A DNA stretch of 64,000 bases from Acidobacteriota bacterium (GTDB lineage: Bacteria; Acidobacteriota; CAIWXX01): the NCBI GenBank assembly GCA_040755995.1, contig JBFMAF010000036.1:224001-288000 (forward strand). Direction: 5' to 3'. Position numbers and translations under genes: made by a program. Under the pieces are notes generated by a model. That model saw nothing but the letters and a program-made list of their open reading frames with translations, did no database searches and was not told the origin of the DNA. Positions 12,001 to 18,742 of this stretch are shown here, piece after piece (positions within the stretch are counted from its first letter, which is position 1; each line of letters starts with the position of its first letter).

Positions 12001-13558
12001 GGAGTTGATCATCTCCGAATCCGGCGTCTCGCTCATCCTCACGACCAGCTCCACGACCGCCTCGCTGCCCATACTGGGAATCCCGAGCGTTCCAGTCGAT
12101 GCAGAGCAGGATCCCGCGATTGCTGGCTCAGACTCGAACCTGCCCTGTTCGGTTGTGCCCGAGAACTTGGCCTATGTGATCTTCACGTCGGGATCGACGG
12201 GAAGGCCCAAGGGGGTCATGAGCCAACACGGCTCGCTGGCCAACTACACGAGAATCGCCGGGGAAGCCTACGATCTGAGGCCCGGCGACCGCATGCTGCA
12301 GTTCGCCTCCTTGAGCTTCGATGCGAGCGCAGAGGAGATCTTCCCCACCTTGGCACAGGGCGCGACGCTCGTTCTCCGTCCCGATACCATGATCTCTTCA
12401 TTCTCTCACTTCGTCGAGGTGTGCTCGGAGCTGCGCCTCACTCACCTCGACCTGCCCACCGCCTTCTGGCACGAGCTGACCAGGGCGATCGATACCGAAC
12501 GGCTGACGCTCCCGTCGTCACTACGCGTGGTAATCCTCGGCGGCGAGCGCGCCCTTCCCGACCGGCTAACGATGTGGCGGCGCAACGCGCCTGCATCCGT
12601 GCGGCTCTTCAACACGTATGGCCCCACGGAATCCACGATCGTTGCCACCATGCATGAAGTGCCTCTCGATGCGGCTGAGCAAGACGGGCTGCGCGAGATG
12701 CCGATCGGAGGGCCGATACCGAGGTCGCACGTCTACGTGATGGATCCGAACCTGGATCTCGTGCCCGTGGGCATTCCCGGTGAGTTGCACATTGGCGGCG
12801 ACGGCCTGGCCCGCGGCTACCTGAATCACCCGGAGACGACTGCCGAGAGGTTCGTGCCGAACCCGTTCGCGGTCCGGCCTGGCGACCGGCTTTACAAGAC
12901 CGGCGACCTCGTGCGGTGGCGCCCGGACGGCGCAATCGAGTTCCTGGGTCGCATCGACCATCAGGTCAAGGTACGGGGCTTCCGTGTAGAGCTCGGCGAG
13001 GTCGAGGCGGTCCTTGCGCAGCACCCGTCGCTGATCGGGTGCGCGGTCACAGCGCGTGAGGACTCCGCCGGCGATCGCCGCCTCGTCGCCTATGTCGTCG
13101 CGGCTCAGGACCGCGCGCCGGCACCGGGCGAACTGCGCGCTTATCTGCAGGAGCGCATGCCGTCGTACATGGTACCTTCCACGATCATCCTGCTCGATTC
13201 GCTGCCGCTCACGCCGAGCGGCAAGGTCGACCGGCGGGCACTCCCGGCTCCGGATCGAATCCGGCCCGACCTGGAAAGCTCGTTCGCAGCTCCTACCAAC
13301 GAGATCGAGGAGAACCTCGTCGAGATCTGGTGCGATGTGCTCGGTCTGGAACAGGTGGGGATCAACGACAACTTCTTCGAGCTCGGAGGCCACTCCCTGC
13401 TACTCCCGCAGGTTATCCATCGCGTACGCGAGACATTCCAGATCGACGTTCCGTTGAGGAGCCTCTTCGAAGACCCCACGATCGCGAGCCTCGGGCTGGT
13501 CATCGAAGAGCGGATCCTGGATGAGATCGAAGGCGTCACCGAAGACGGTGTGACGTAG
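2..13558 (+). CDS. NRPS1, 5'-truncated: [A partial]-T-C-A(acidic, Lys2-like)-T-C-A(Gly)-T-C-A(Gly)-T-C-A(Lys/Arg)-T plus acidic C-terminal docking tail
   Basis: Four HHxxxD C motifs (HHIITDGWS, HHIITDAWS, HHIASDAWS, HHIITDGWS), five GGHSLL T motifs, and A-domain cores (TSGSTG.PKG, YGPTE, YR/KTGD or YRSGD). Manual codes: DVRHFALLAK, DILQLGMVWK twice, DAEDIGTIVK. No E domain. Confidence 0.97.
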   Translation: MLGDDGRLCGIGEPGEIFVRTPFRTLGYLNTPEENRLRFVANPFGNDPDDLLYRSGDRGRYRPDGSLEILGRFDHQVKIRGVRVELSEIEAALSKHPDLQGTAVIASEDVLGNKRLVAYVACSPQEQPTSGELRSFLRGMLPEYLIPSVFVTMAALPLTSSGKVDRRALPEPAQGPEDGDGSYVAPRTPDEELLAGIWQDVLGLDRVGVHDNFFDRGGHSLLATQVISRARTACQRELPLRILFETPTIAGLAGYIAAQRAESSGPVPQLVPVPRKGSVPLSFAQERLWILNQLDSESAAYNVFRAVRLKGELDLDLLRKSFNDLVSRHESLRTTFQAEDGVPVQVIGPHHSLDIPLHDLRCLIGEAQQDEIMRLADEESERPFDLTRGPLLRVTVLRLDDADHIMFLTFHHIITDGWSMWVFVREMALLYQAHAEGRPSPLQDLSIQYADFALWQRDYLRGETLKSHRSYWETQLAGAPGAIELPVDGTSQEDVGSKGGIRTLHLSAALSKSLRDLSRRHGATLFMTLLAAFKALLHRLTAQDDIVVGSPIAGRIRPEIENLIGFFVNTLVLRTDLSGRPTFVELLRRVREVTLGAYSHADYPFEKLVEDLHPDRDMGRNPFFQVLFNFISTPPHSLTLPALSLGFEELTEPPRRFPITFYALDFEEALSFRLVYQTSLFSSSRIESLLDQYHHLLEQIVESPELPVGALSLVTPAARRLLPDPARPLDEPAFEPVADMFYRWVDQAPASPAVSTGRAVWSYAALGRRATDIARRLAGSGLNRGDVVAIAGARSVGVVACMLGVLRAGGALLLVDKNLPVQRQRLMIREAQARHALFVGEVPLEASEFLSVQRVDEGDGCIRGEGSTVDASALPASCPDDPAYVFFTSGSTGTPKGVLGCQKGLSHFLAWQREMFAVGPQDRSAQLTALSFDVVLRDVLLPLVSGATLCIPPEDMDLGPDRIIPWLDSERITVLHTVPTLARTWLARAPEGVHPRALRWVFFAGEPLPESLVLRWRETFSGGGTIVNLYGPTETTLAKFSYAVPDEPAPDVQPVGWPLPETQGLVLGEGGVLCGIGEPGEIVIRTPFRSLGYLNAPEENQRRFFPNPCSGDPRDLLYRSGDRGRYRPDGSLEILGRLDFQAKIRGVRVELQEVEAALGRHPGVQAACVVAPEDAHGGRFLAAYIVPNGRTKIHRGELRRFLKEKLPEYMIPAVFVELEAMPLTSSGKVNRRALPPPEQLSSEVEEAFVAPCSHEEQVLAAIWGDVLGRERIGIHDNFFDLGGHSLLATQVVSRARSALQKEIPLRALFENPTIAGLAGVIAAGTQQSAAVAQIVPMPRDGNIPPSFAQERMWFLNQFDPGTAAYNTYRAVRLRGTLDVDILTRCVNEIVRRHEALRTVFVSIDGYPYQVVRPELHVSIPVQDIGAPDQENAVLRLAREESERPFDLEHGPLLRFALLRLGAADHVMLLTFHHIITDAWSSWTFVRELTLLYESYLEGMPSPLPELPVQYADFALWQRRWLQGEVLASHISYWKAKLRGAPPLLTLPTTHPRPAVQTFNGAHYTEVLPPSLMTALRDVSHRNGATLFMSLLSAFSVLLSKYAGQDDVLIGSPIANRNRSEIENLIGFFVNTLVFRADVSGDPTFTELLARVRETTMEGYAHQDVPFEKLVEELHPERDLSHPPLFQVMFIMQNVPRTSIALSGLTLDPLEIDNEASKFDLTLSVTESEQGLFASYEYNTDLFDAAAIERMAGHFRVLLESMAGRPESRISELPLMSGPEQERVLVEWNATRREYRREKCVHELFEEHAARSPEATAIVFQDQALTYAELDARANQVANYLMAFGAGPETLVGICIDRSLEMVVGLLGILKSGSAYVPLDPEYPKERLAYMIEDARVGVLLTQERLDSALPAHAATVVRLDSGWGDVARESTDKPAAHVDSESLAYVIYTSGSTGRPKGVQIPHRALTNFLVSMLVEPGLGKEDTLVAVTSLSFDIAALEIYLPLIAGGRIVLMSREVVGDGERLRDVLARSAATVMQATPATWRLLVDADWRAGDGFRALCGGEALPESLSAELQSRCGSVWNMYGPTETTVWSSIERCTDRKPTIGRPVANTTMYILDASLHPVPAGVFGELYIGGDGVARGYLNRPELTAEKFIPDQFRGIEGARLYRTGDSARFLADGTLEYAGRIDHQVKVRGFRIELGEIESVLGRHASVANVVAVVREDVPGDKRLVAYVVPRQDATVASGELREMLRESLPDYMMPAAFVMLDALPLTPNGKIDRRALPAPDQAAQDAGTTYVAPRTPHEEVLAGIWAEVLRREGIGVHDDFFDLGGHSLLATQVVSRVRAAFQKELPLRSLFESPTIAGLAARLTGDESDLAAGIPPLVPMPREGRIPLSFAQERMWFLNQFDPGTSAYNLYRAVRLRGTLDLALLEQCVNEIIDRHEALRTRFIPIDGYPFQVVPPASRLPVPLRDLRDLPEPERDTIVMELLKEESQRPFDLAGGPLVRVTAFRLGAEDHFLLLTFHHIASDAWSIWGFIREMSVLYQAHLEGRPSPLPDLSVQYADFALWQREWLRGEALASQVSYWREKLQGAPPLLTLPTTHPRPPMQTFNGSRHTTVLSPALMAALKDLSRRNGATLFMTLLSGFSALLSKYSGQDDVPVGSPIANRNRSEIENLIGFFVNTLVFRTDVSGDPTFTELLSRVRETTMEGYLYQDVPFEKLVEELQPERDLSHPPLFQVMFIMQNVPQTTVELPGLTLDLLEVGSAASKFDLTLSVTEAEEGLYASYEYNTDLFDAAAIERMAGHFRVLLESIANRPESRISELPLMTLPEQERVLVEWNDTGREYRRERCMHELFEEQAARSPEATAIVFQDQALTYGELDARANQVANYLSARGAGPETLVGICIDRSLEMVVGLLGILKSGSAYVPLDPEYPKERLAYMIEDARVGVLLTQERLDSVLPAHAATAVRLDSGWGDVARESTEKPAAHVDSESLAYVIYTSGSTGRPKGVQIPHRALTNFIESMLVEPGLRREDTLVAVTSLSFDIAALEIYLPLIAGGRVVLASREVATDGERLRDALTRSAGTVMQATPATWRLLVDAGWRAGDGFRALCGGEALPESLAVELQKRCGSVWNMYGPTETTVWSSIERCTDRKATIGRPVANTAMYILDASLHPVPAGVFGELYIGGDGVARGYLNRPELTAEKFMPDQFSGIEGARLYRTGDSARFLADGTIEYGGRIDHQVKVRGFRIELGEIESVLGRHASVANSVVVVREDVPGDKRLAAYVVPRQDAAVVIGELREMLRESLPDYMMPSAFVVMDALPLTPNGKIDRRALPAPDQAAQDAGTTYVAPRTPHEEVLAGIWAEVLRRERIGVHDDFFDLGGHSLLATQVVSRVRAAFQKELPLRSLFENPTIAGLAARLTGDQSNLAASIPPLLPMPREGRIPLSFAQERMWFLNQLDPETTAYNLYSAMRLTGALDLGILGKGLNEILRRHENLRTVFVSVDGHPCQVIAPELELELEFSDIAGLAEPDREKEARRLADIENNRPFDLIRGPLVRMKVLRLGPTEHILLAAMHHIITDGWSARVFIRELIELYRAFSEGLPSPLPELPIQYADFALWQRGWLQGEALDEQMSYWQRKLGGNPPVLELPADRSRSHTQGFQAAHESVTIPPAVVDALKKLSRLHGSSLYMTLLAGFEALLYRYTGQDDFLIGAPIANRNRADTENLIGFFLNTLIIRADLAGDPSFEELLERVRNVSLEAFAHQDLPLEQVLRVFPSDHQLTRTSPFQVMFLLQNIPPLDRAVSQLTITAVDTARGVDLGTAIFDLAMTVQERDGGLDASILYNAGLFDAVSITRMLDRYRSLLEGAAGAPSQRLSRLGLMNEVERQDLLARSIGPCDSDGAPLAHRMFEARVEVTPEQVAVLSEDRQLTYRDLNAEANRLARRLQALGAGPEVRVAICMPRCVEMIVAVLGVLKAGAAYVPIDPAYPVDRKELIISESGVSLILTTSSTTASLPILGIPSVPVDAEQDPAIAGSDSNLPCSVVPENLAYVIFTSGSTGRPKGVMSQHGSLANYTRIAGEAYDLRPGDRMLQFASLSFDASAEEIFPTLAQGATLVLRPDTMISSFSHFVEVCSELRLTHLDLPTAFWHELTRAIDTERLTLPSSLRVVILGGERALPDRLTMWRRNAPASVRLFNTYGPTESTIVATMHEVPLDAAEQDGLREMPIGGPIPRSHVYVMDPNLDLVPVGIPGELHIGGDGLARGYLNHPETTAERFVPNPFAVRPGDRLYKTGDLVRWRPDGAIEFLGRIDHQVKVRGFRVELGEVEAVLAQHPSLIGCAVTAREDSAGDRRLVAYVVAAQDRAPAPGELRAYLQERMPSYMVPSTIILLDSLPLTPSGKVDRRALPAPDRIRPDLESSFAAPTNEIEENLVEIWCDVLGLEQVGINDNFFELGGHSLLLPQVIHRVRETFQIDVPLRSLFEDPTIASLGLVIEERILDEIEGVTEDGVT
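4500..10395 (+). repeat. Tandem duplication of the Gly module: about 4500-7230 and about 7665-10395, offset 3165 bp
   Basis: Near-identical DNA at a constant offset (4841/8006, 5821/8986, 7201/10366). The shadow ORFs 6001-6468 and 9166-9633 are also near-identical. Confidence 0.93.
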
Positions 13559-13570
13559 ATTGGACCAACC

Positions 13571-16500
13571 ATGAAGTCGAACATTGGAGCGAAGCCCATG
13601 GGATCCGGAGAACCCCGGCCGGACTTTGCAGATCGCATGAACGCCGCAAAAGAACGATTGTCGATGACGAGCGAACCCCGGGGACACCGGTCCGCAGCGC
13701 CCGCGCGTGGGCAGCACGGATCTGAGGCAAGTGTCCGCCCGACCACCCAGGCTGACGGGCGGGTCGAGTGCCTGATGGAGCTGTTCGAGGACCAGGTGGA
13801 TCGATCCCCCGGCCAGGAGGCCCTCATAGACGGGCACCGCCGCCTGACCTACCGAGAGCTGGAGATGCGGTCGAATCAGCTTGCGCACCGGCTGACGGCA
13901 GCCGGAGTCGGGCCCGAGGTCCTTGTCGGGATCTGCATGCAGCGTTCCGCGGAAATGGTGGTCGGTGTGCTGGGAATCCTGAAGGCCGGTGGTGCCTACG
14001 TGCCGCTCGACCCAGCCTACCCGAAGGACCGGCTTGCGATCGTGCTGGAAGACGCGCAGGTGCCGGTGCTGCTGACCAACGAGACCGAGCTCGGATGCCT
14101 GCCGCAGCTCGCGAATGTTGAGACGATCTGTCTGGACCGCGAGAAGGGGATCATCTCACAGGAGAGCACGGAGAGGCCGCGCAGGCGAGCTACCGCCCGC
14201 AACCTGGCGTACATCATCTACACATCGGGATCTACGGGACGGCCCAAGGGCGTGGCAATCGAACACTCGAGCGCGGTGACCTTCGTGATGTGGGCAGGGG
14301 AGGTCTTCTCGCGCGAGGAGCTGACGGCCGTCCTGGCTTCCACGTCGCTCTGCTTCGACCTCTCGGTTTTCGAGATATTCGTGCCGCTGAGCTGCGGCGG
14401 AACAGTCGTTGTGGCCCGAAACGCACTCCAGTTGCCGTCGCTTCCCGCTTCGCAAGAGGTGACGCTCATCAATACCGTGCCGTCGGCGATGGCCGAGCTC
14501 GTGAGAATGGACGCCATTCCAGAACGTGTGCGCACGGTGAACCTCGCGGGTGAACCGCTGAAGAACACGCTCGTCCAACGTGTCTACGCACGAAAGACAG
14601 TCGAACGCGTCTACAATTTGTACGGTCCCTCAGAGGACACCACATACTCAACCTTCGCGCTCGTGCCGAGGGGCGGGACGCGGGCTCCCACAATCGGCAG
14701 GCCGATCGCGAATTCGCAGACCTACATCCTCGATGCTCAGATGCACCCTGTCCCTGCCGGGGAGGTTGGAGAGCTGTATATCGGCGGAGCGGGATTGGCG
14801 CGGGGCTACCTCAACCGGCCTGACGTGACCGCAGAGCGCTTCGTTCCAGACCCGTTCGGCGGCGAACCCGGTGGGCGGCTCTACACGACCGGCGACCTCG
14901 CGCGACTCCTCCCAGACGGCGAAATCGACTTCCTGGGACGCGCTGACCACCAGGTCAAGCTGCGGGGATTCCGCATCGAGCTCGGCGAGATCGAAGTCCT
15001 GCTCGAACAACAACGCGGAGTAAGAGAGGCAGTCGTGATAGTCCGTGAGGACATCCCCGAGGACAAGCGTCTTGTCGCGTACGTGGTCCCAGATGCCGGC
15101 GCGCGGATCGAACCGCGGGAGATCCGGAATTCGCTGAAGCAGAAGCTCCCGGAATACATGCTCCCGCCGGCGATCGTGGTCATGAACTCCTTGCCGCTGA
15201 CGCCGAACGGAAAGGTGAATCGGTTGGCATTGCCGGCCCCGGACTGGAGTGCCTGCGGGGACCACCGGGAACACGTGGGGCCTCGCACGCCGGTCGAGGA
15301 GGTGCTGGCGGGAGTCTTCGCCGAGGTGCTCGGCATCCAGAGAGTCAGCGTCCGGGACAACTTCTTCGAGATCGGCGGTCATTCACTGCTCGCCACACGC
15401 GTCATCTCTCGAATCCGGTCCGCATTCGGCGCGGAACTGCCTCAAGGACGGATCTTCGATGCCCCCACCGTTGAGGCGCTGGCGGAAGCCGTCGAGACGG
15501 CGCTTCGCGCAGGCACCCACGACGAGCTGCCGCCTCTCAAGCGCGCAGCGAGAGAGGGGCGGGACCGATTCCCGCTCTCCTTCGCGCAGCAGGGCTTGTG
15601 GTTCCTGGATCAACTGGCGCCGGATTCCGCTGCATACAACATCCCCTACAAAGTCGACATGACAGGCCCCTTGGATGTGAGCGCTCTCAGGAGCGCGCTG
15701 AACGAAATCGTGAAGCGACACGAAGCGCTGCGGACGACTTTTCACCTGGCTGAGGACAATCCCTTCCAGAGGATTCACCCCCCCAGGCCCCTCACAATCC
15801 CGTTCATCGACCTCTCATGTCTCTCGGCGACAGAGAGCGAGGATGGGGTTCGCCGGATGGAGGCCGACGAGGCGCGGAGGCTCTTCGACCTGAGAACCGG
15901 ACCTCTCATGCGAGTCGTCCTCCTGCGTCTCGGCCGCGAGAAACACAAGCTCCTGTTGACCATGCACCACATCGTCGGCGATGACTGGTCATCCGGCGTG
16001 CTCTTCAGCGAGCTCGCGACACTCTACAAAGCGTTCTCCTCGGGCATGCCATCGCCGCTTCCCGACCTGCCGATTCAGCCCGCCGACTTCGCGCTCTGGC
16101 AGCGCGAGTCGTACTCCGCCGATAGATTGAAGCAGGAGCTCTCCTACTGGAGGCAGAGGCTGGCGGGCGCACAGGGGGTGCTCGAGCTGGCCACGGACCG
16201 TCCCAGACCTCCTGTGCGGACCTTCTCCGGTGCAGCCGTGTCACTCGCGCTTCCACCGGCACTGGGCGACGCCATCAAGTCGCTCTGCCAGCAGGAAGGA
16301 GTGACCCTTTTCATGCTGCTTATGGCGGCGTTCAAGGCATTCCTCCACCGCCACACAGGCCAATCCGACATCATCGTCGGGACCCCGATCGCAGCCAGAA
16401 CCCGGGCGGAGATCGAAGGGCTCATCAGCTTCTTCGTGAACACGCTCGCCCTGCGCACCGATCTTTCGGGCGACCCGAGCTTCCGCGCGCTGCTTCGCCG

Positions 16501-18742
16501 TGTTCGAGAGACCGCCCTCAGCGCGTACAGCCACCAGGATGCCCCCATCGAACGGCTGGTCAACGAGCTTCAACCGGTCAGGGATCCCAGCCGCAGCCCT
16601 CTCGTGCAGGTCATGTTTGCTCTGCAGAACCCGCCAGCCGACAGGTTCGACATCGGACCTCTGACGCTCCGCGTCGCCGAGCTTCACAACGGCTCGTCCA
16701 AGCTCGACCTGACCCTCTTCGTGAAGGACGCGGCCGAGGGTCTGGCTGCGACTGTCGAATACAACACCGACCTGTTCGACCGCGATACCGTGGTGCGGAT
16801 GCTCGAGAATTTCCGGACGATGCTGGACGGCGTCGTAGCGAATCCCGACCAGCGCCTCTCGGAGCTGCCGGTTCTGAGTGCCGCGGAGCGGCACCGGCTT
16901 CTCGTCGAATGGAACGACACGCGTTCCGACTACCCGAAGGGCGATTGCCTGCACAACCTCGTCGAGCTGCAGGCGAAACGCATTGCGGGCGCCGCGGCCG
17001 TCGTCTGCGACCACGAGCGCCTGACCTATCGCGAGCTCAACGCCCGAGCCAATCAGCTTGCTCATCACCTCCGCGGCCTCGGCGTCGGCCCGGAGGTTCG
17101 CGTCGGGCTCTGCACGGAACGTTCGGCGAACATGGTGATCGGCCTGCTCGCGATCCTCAAGGCGGGCGGAGCCTACGTGCCTTTGGACCCGGCGTATCCG
17201 AAGGAGCGTGTAGCCTTCATGTTGCGGGACAGCCAGGCGGCAGTATTGATCACCACAGAGCGGCTGCTCGATTCCCTGCCCCGTCATGATGCCCGTATCC
17301 TCTGTCTCGACCGGGACGCCGAATCGATCCTCTGGCGCAGCCGGGAGGATGTGAGGAGCGGTGTGTGCCCGCAGAACCTGGCCTATCTGATCTACACCTC
17401 CGGCTCGACCGGGGTGCCCAAGGCGGTGGCGATCGAGCACAGGAGCGCCGTGACGTTCGTGCACTGGGTGCGCGACAACTTCTCAGATCAAGAGCTCGCC
17501 GGCGTGCTGGCCTCCACTTCCATCTGCTTCGATCTTTCGGTGTTCGAGATCTTCGGGACGCTCGGTCTCGGCGGCAAGGTCATTCTCGCCGACAACGCCC
17601 TGCATCTCCCGGCGCTCGCGGCTGCGCGCGAGGTGACGCTGATCAACACCGTACCTTCGGCGATGGCCGAGCTGCTTCGGATTGACTCGATACCGGCCTC
17701 CGTGGGCACCGTGAATCTCGCCGGGGAGCCCCTGACGAGCTCCCTTGTCCAGCAGCTCTACTCGAAACCGGCGATCCGCCGCGTTCTGAACCTCTATGGG
17801 CCATCCGAGGATACCACGTACTCAACCTCAGCGGTGCTGCGCCCTGACGACGGACGCGCGCCGTCGATCGGGCGGCCCATCGCCGGCACGCAAGTCTACC
17901 TGCTCGACGACACCGGACGCCCTGTACCTCAAGGGGTGCCGGGCGAGCTGTGCATTGGAGGCGAGGGATTGGCAAGGTGCTACCTCGGCCGGCCCGACCT
18001 TACGGCGGCGAGATTCGTCCCCAACCCCTTCAGCGGCGCGGCCGGCGCGCGCATGTACAGGACCGGCGATCTCGCCCGCTACCAGTCCGATGGAAACATC
18101 GAATTCCTCGGCCGCCTCGATCACCAGGTTAAGATCCGTGGTTTCCGCATCGAGCCGGGGGAGATCGAGGCCGCGATCGCACAACATCGGGGCGTGCGCG
18201 AGACGGTGGTCGTGGCTCAGGCAGGCGGACCCGCGGAAGGGCGGCTCATCGCCTACGTGGTCCCTGCGCAAAATCCGCCTCCAACCACGCGCGAGATCCG
18301 TCAGTTCCTCGGGCAGAAGCTGCCGGAGCCGCTGCTGCCGTCCGTCTTCGTGTTTCTGCGAAAACTGCCGCGAACTCCGAACGGCAAGATCGACCGGTCG
18401 GCTCTTCCGGCGCCTGACCCATCGGGCTGCTCGGATGCGGCCCCGGCGCCGCCGCGCACAGAGACCGAGGAGCGGTTGTCGGAGATCTACCAGCAGGTTC
18501 TCTCGGTCGATCGCGTCGGCATTCATGACAACTTCTTCGAGATAGGCGGTCATTCGCTGCTGGCCACCCAGGTGCTCTCCCGAGTGCGATCCGTCTTTCG
18601 CGTCGACCTGCCGCTGCGCAAGGTGTTCTCGGCGCCGACCGTCGCGGGGCTCTCCGAGCAGATCGAAGCGGCTCAGTGGGCGAGCCAGCTGCTGCGATCA
18701 TCGCTCGCGGCGGTGGGAGATCGCGAGGAGGGGGTGCTGTGA
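13571..18742 (+). CDS. NRPS2: A(Ala)-T-C-A(Ala)-T, with an initiation module lacking a C domain and a C-terminal docking peptide
   Basis: About 65 aa of leader run straight into an A domain. Both A codes are DLFNNALTYK (Ala). One C domain (HHIVGDDWS), two GGHSLL motifs, ends in DREEGVL. Exact start uncertain. Confidence 0.96.
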   Translation: MKSNIGAKPMGSGEPRPDFADRMNAAKERLSMTSEPRGHRSAAPARGQHGSEASVRPTTQADGRVECLMELFEDQVDRSPGQEALIDGHRRLTYRELEMRSNQLAHRLTAAGVGPEVLVGICMQRSAEMVVGVLGILKAGGAYVPLDPAYPKDRLAIVLEDAQVPVLLTNETELGCLPQLANVETICLDREKGIISQESTERPRRRATARNLAYIIYTSGSTGRPKGVAIEHSSAVTFVMWAGEVFSREELTAVLASTSLCFDLSVFEIFVPLSCGGTVVVARNALQLPSLPASQEVTLINTVPSAMAELVRMDAIPERVRTVNLAGEPLKNTLVQRVYARKTVERVYNLYGPSEDTTYSTFALVPRGGTRAPTIGRPIANSQTYILDAQMHPVPAGEVGELYIGGAGLARGYLNRPDVTAERFVPDPFGGEPGGRLYTTGDLARLLPDGEIDFLGRADHQVKLRGFRIELGEIEVLLEQQRGVREAVVIVREDIPEDKRLVAYVVPDAGARIEPREIRNSLKQKLPEYMLPPAIVVMNSLPLTPNGKVNRLALPAPDWSACGDHREHVGPRTPVEEVLAGVFAEVLGIQRVSVRDNFFEIGGHSLLATRVISRIRSAFGAELPQGRIFDAPTVEALAEAVETALRAGTHDELPPLKRAAREGRDRFPLSFAQQGLWFLDQLAPDSAAYNIPYKVDMTGPLDVSALRSALNEIVKRHEALRTTFHLAEDNPFQRIHPPRPLTIPFIDLSCLSATESEDGVRRMEADEARRLFDLRTGPLMRVVLLRLGREKHKLLLTMHHIVGDDWSSGVLFSELATLYKAFSSGMPSPLPDLPIQPADFALWQRESYSADRLKQELSYWRQRLAGAQGVLELATDRPRPPVRTFSGAAVSLALPPALGDAIKSLCQQEGVTLFMLLMAAFKAFLHRHTGQSDIIVGTPIAARTRAEIEGLISFFVNTLALRTDLSGDPSFRALLRRVRETALSAYSHQDAPIERLVNELQPVRDPSRSPLVQVMFALQNPPADRFDIGPLTLRVAELHNGSSKLDLTLFVKDAAEGLAATVEYNTDLFDRDTVVRMLENFRTMLDGVVANPDQRLSELPVLSAAERHRLLVEWNDTRSDYPKGDCLHNLVELQAKRIAGAAAVVCDHERLTYRELNARANQLAHHLRGLGVGPEVRVGLCTERSANMVIGLLAILKAGGAYVPLDPAYPKERVAFMLRDSQAAVLITTERLLDSLPRHDARILCLDRDAESILWRSREDVRSGVCPQNLAYLIYTSGSTGVPKAVAIEHRSAVTFVHWVRDNFSDQELAGVLASTSICFDLSVFEIFGTLGLGGKVILADNALHLPALAAAREVTLINTVPSAMAELLRIDSIPASVGTVNLAGEPLTSSLVQQLYSKPAIRRVLNLYGPSEDTTYSTSAVLRPDDGRAPSIGRPIAGTQVYLLDDTGRPVPQGVPGELCIGGEGLARCYLGRPDLTAARFVPNPFSGAAGARMYRTGDLARYQSDGNIEFLGRLDHQVKIRGFRIEPGEIEAAIAQHRGVRETVVVAQAGGPAEGRLIAYVVPAQNPPPTTREIRQFLGQKLPEPLLPSVFVFLRKLPRTPNGKIDRSALPAPDPSGCSDAAPAPPRTETEERLSEIYQQVLSVDRVGIHDNFFEIGGHSLLATQVLSRVRSVFRVDLPLRKVFSAPTVAGLSEQIEAAQWASQLLRSSLAAVGDREEGVL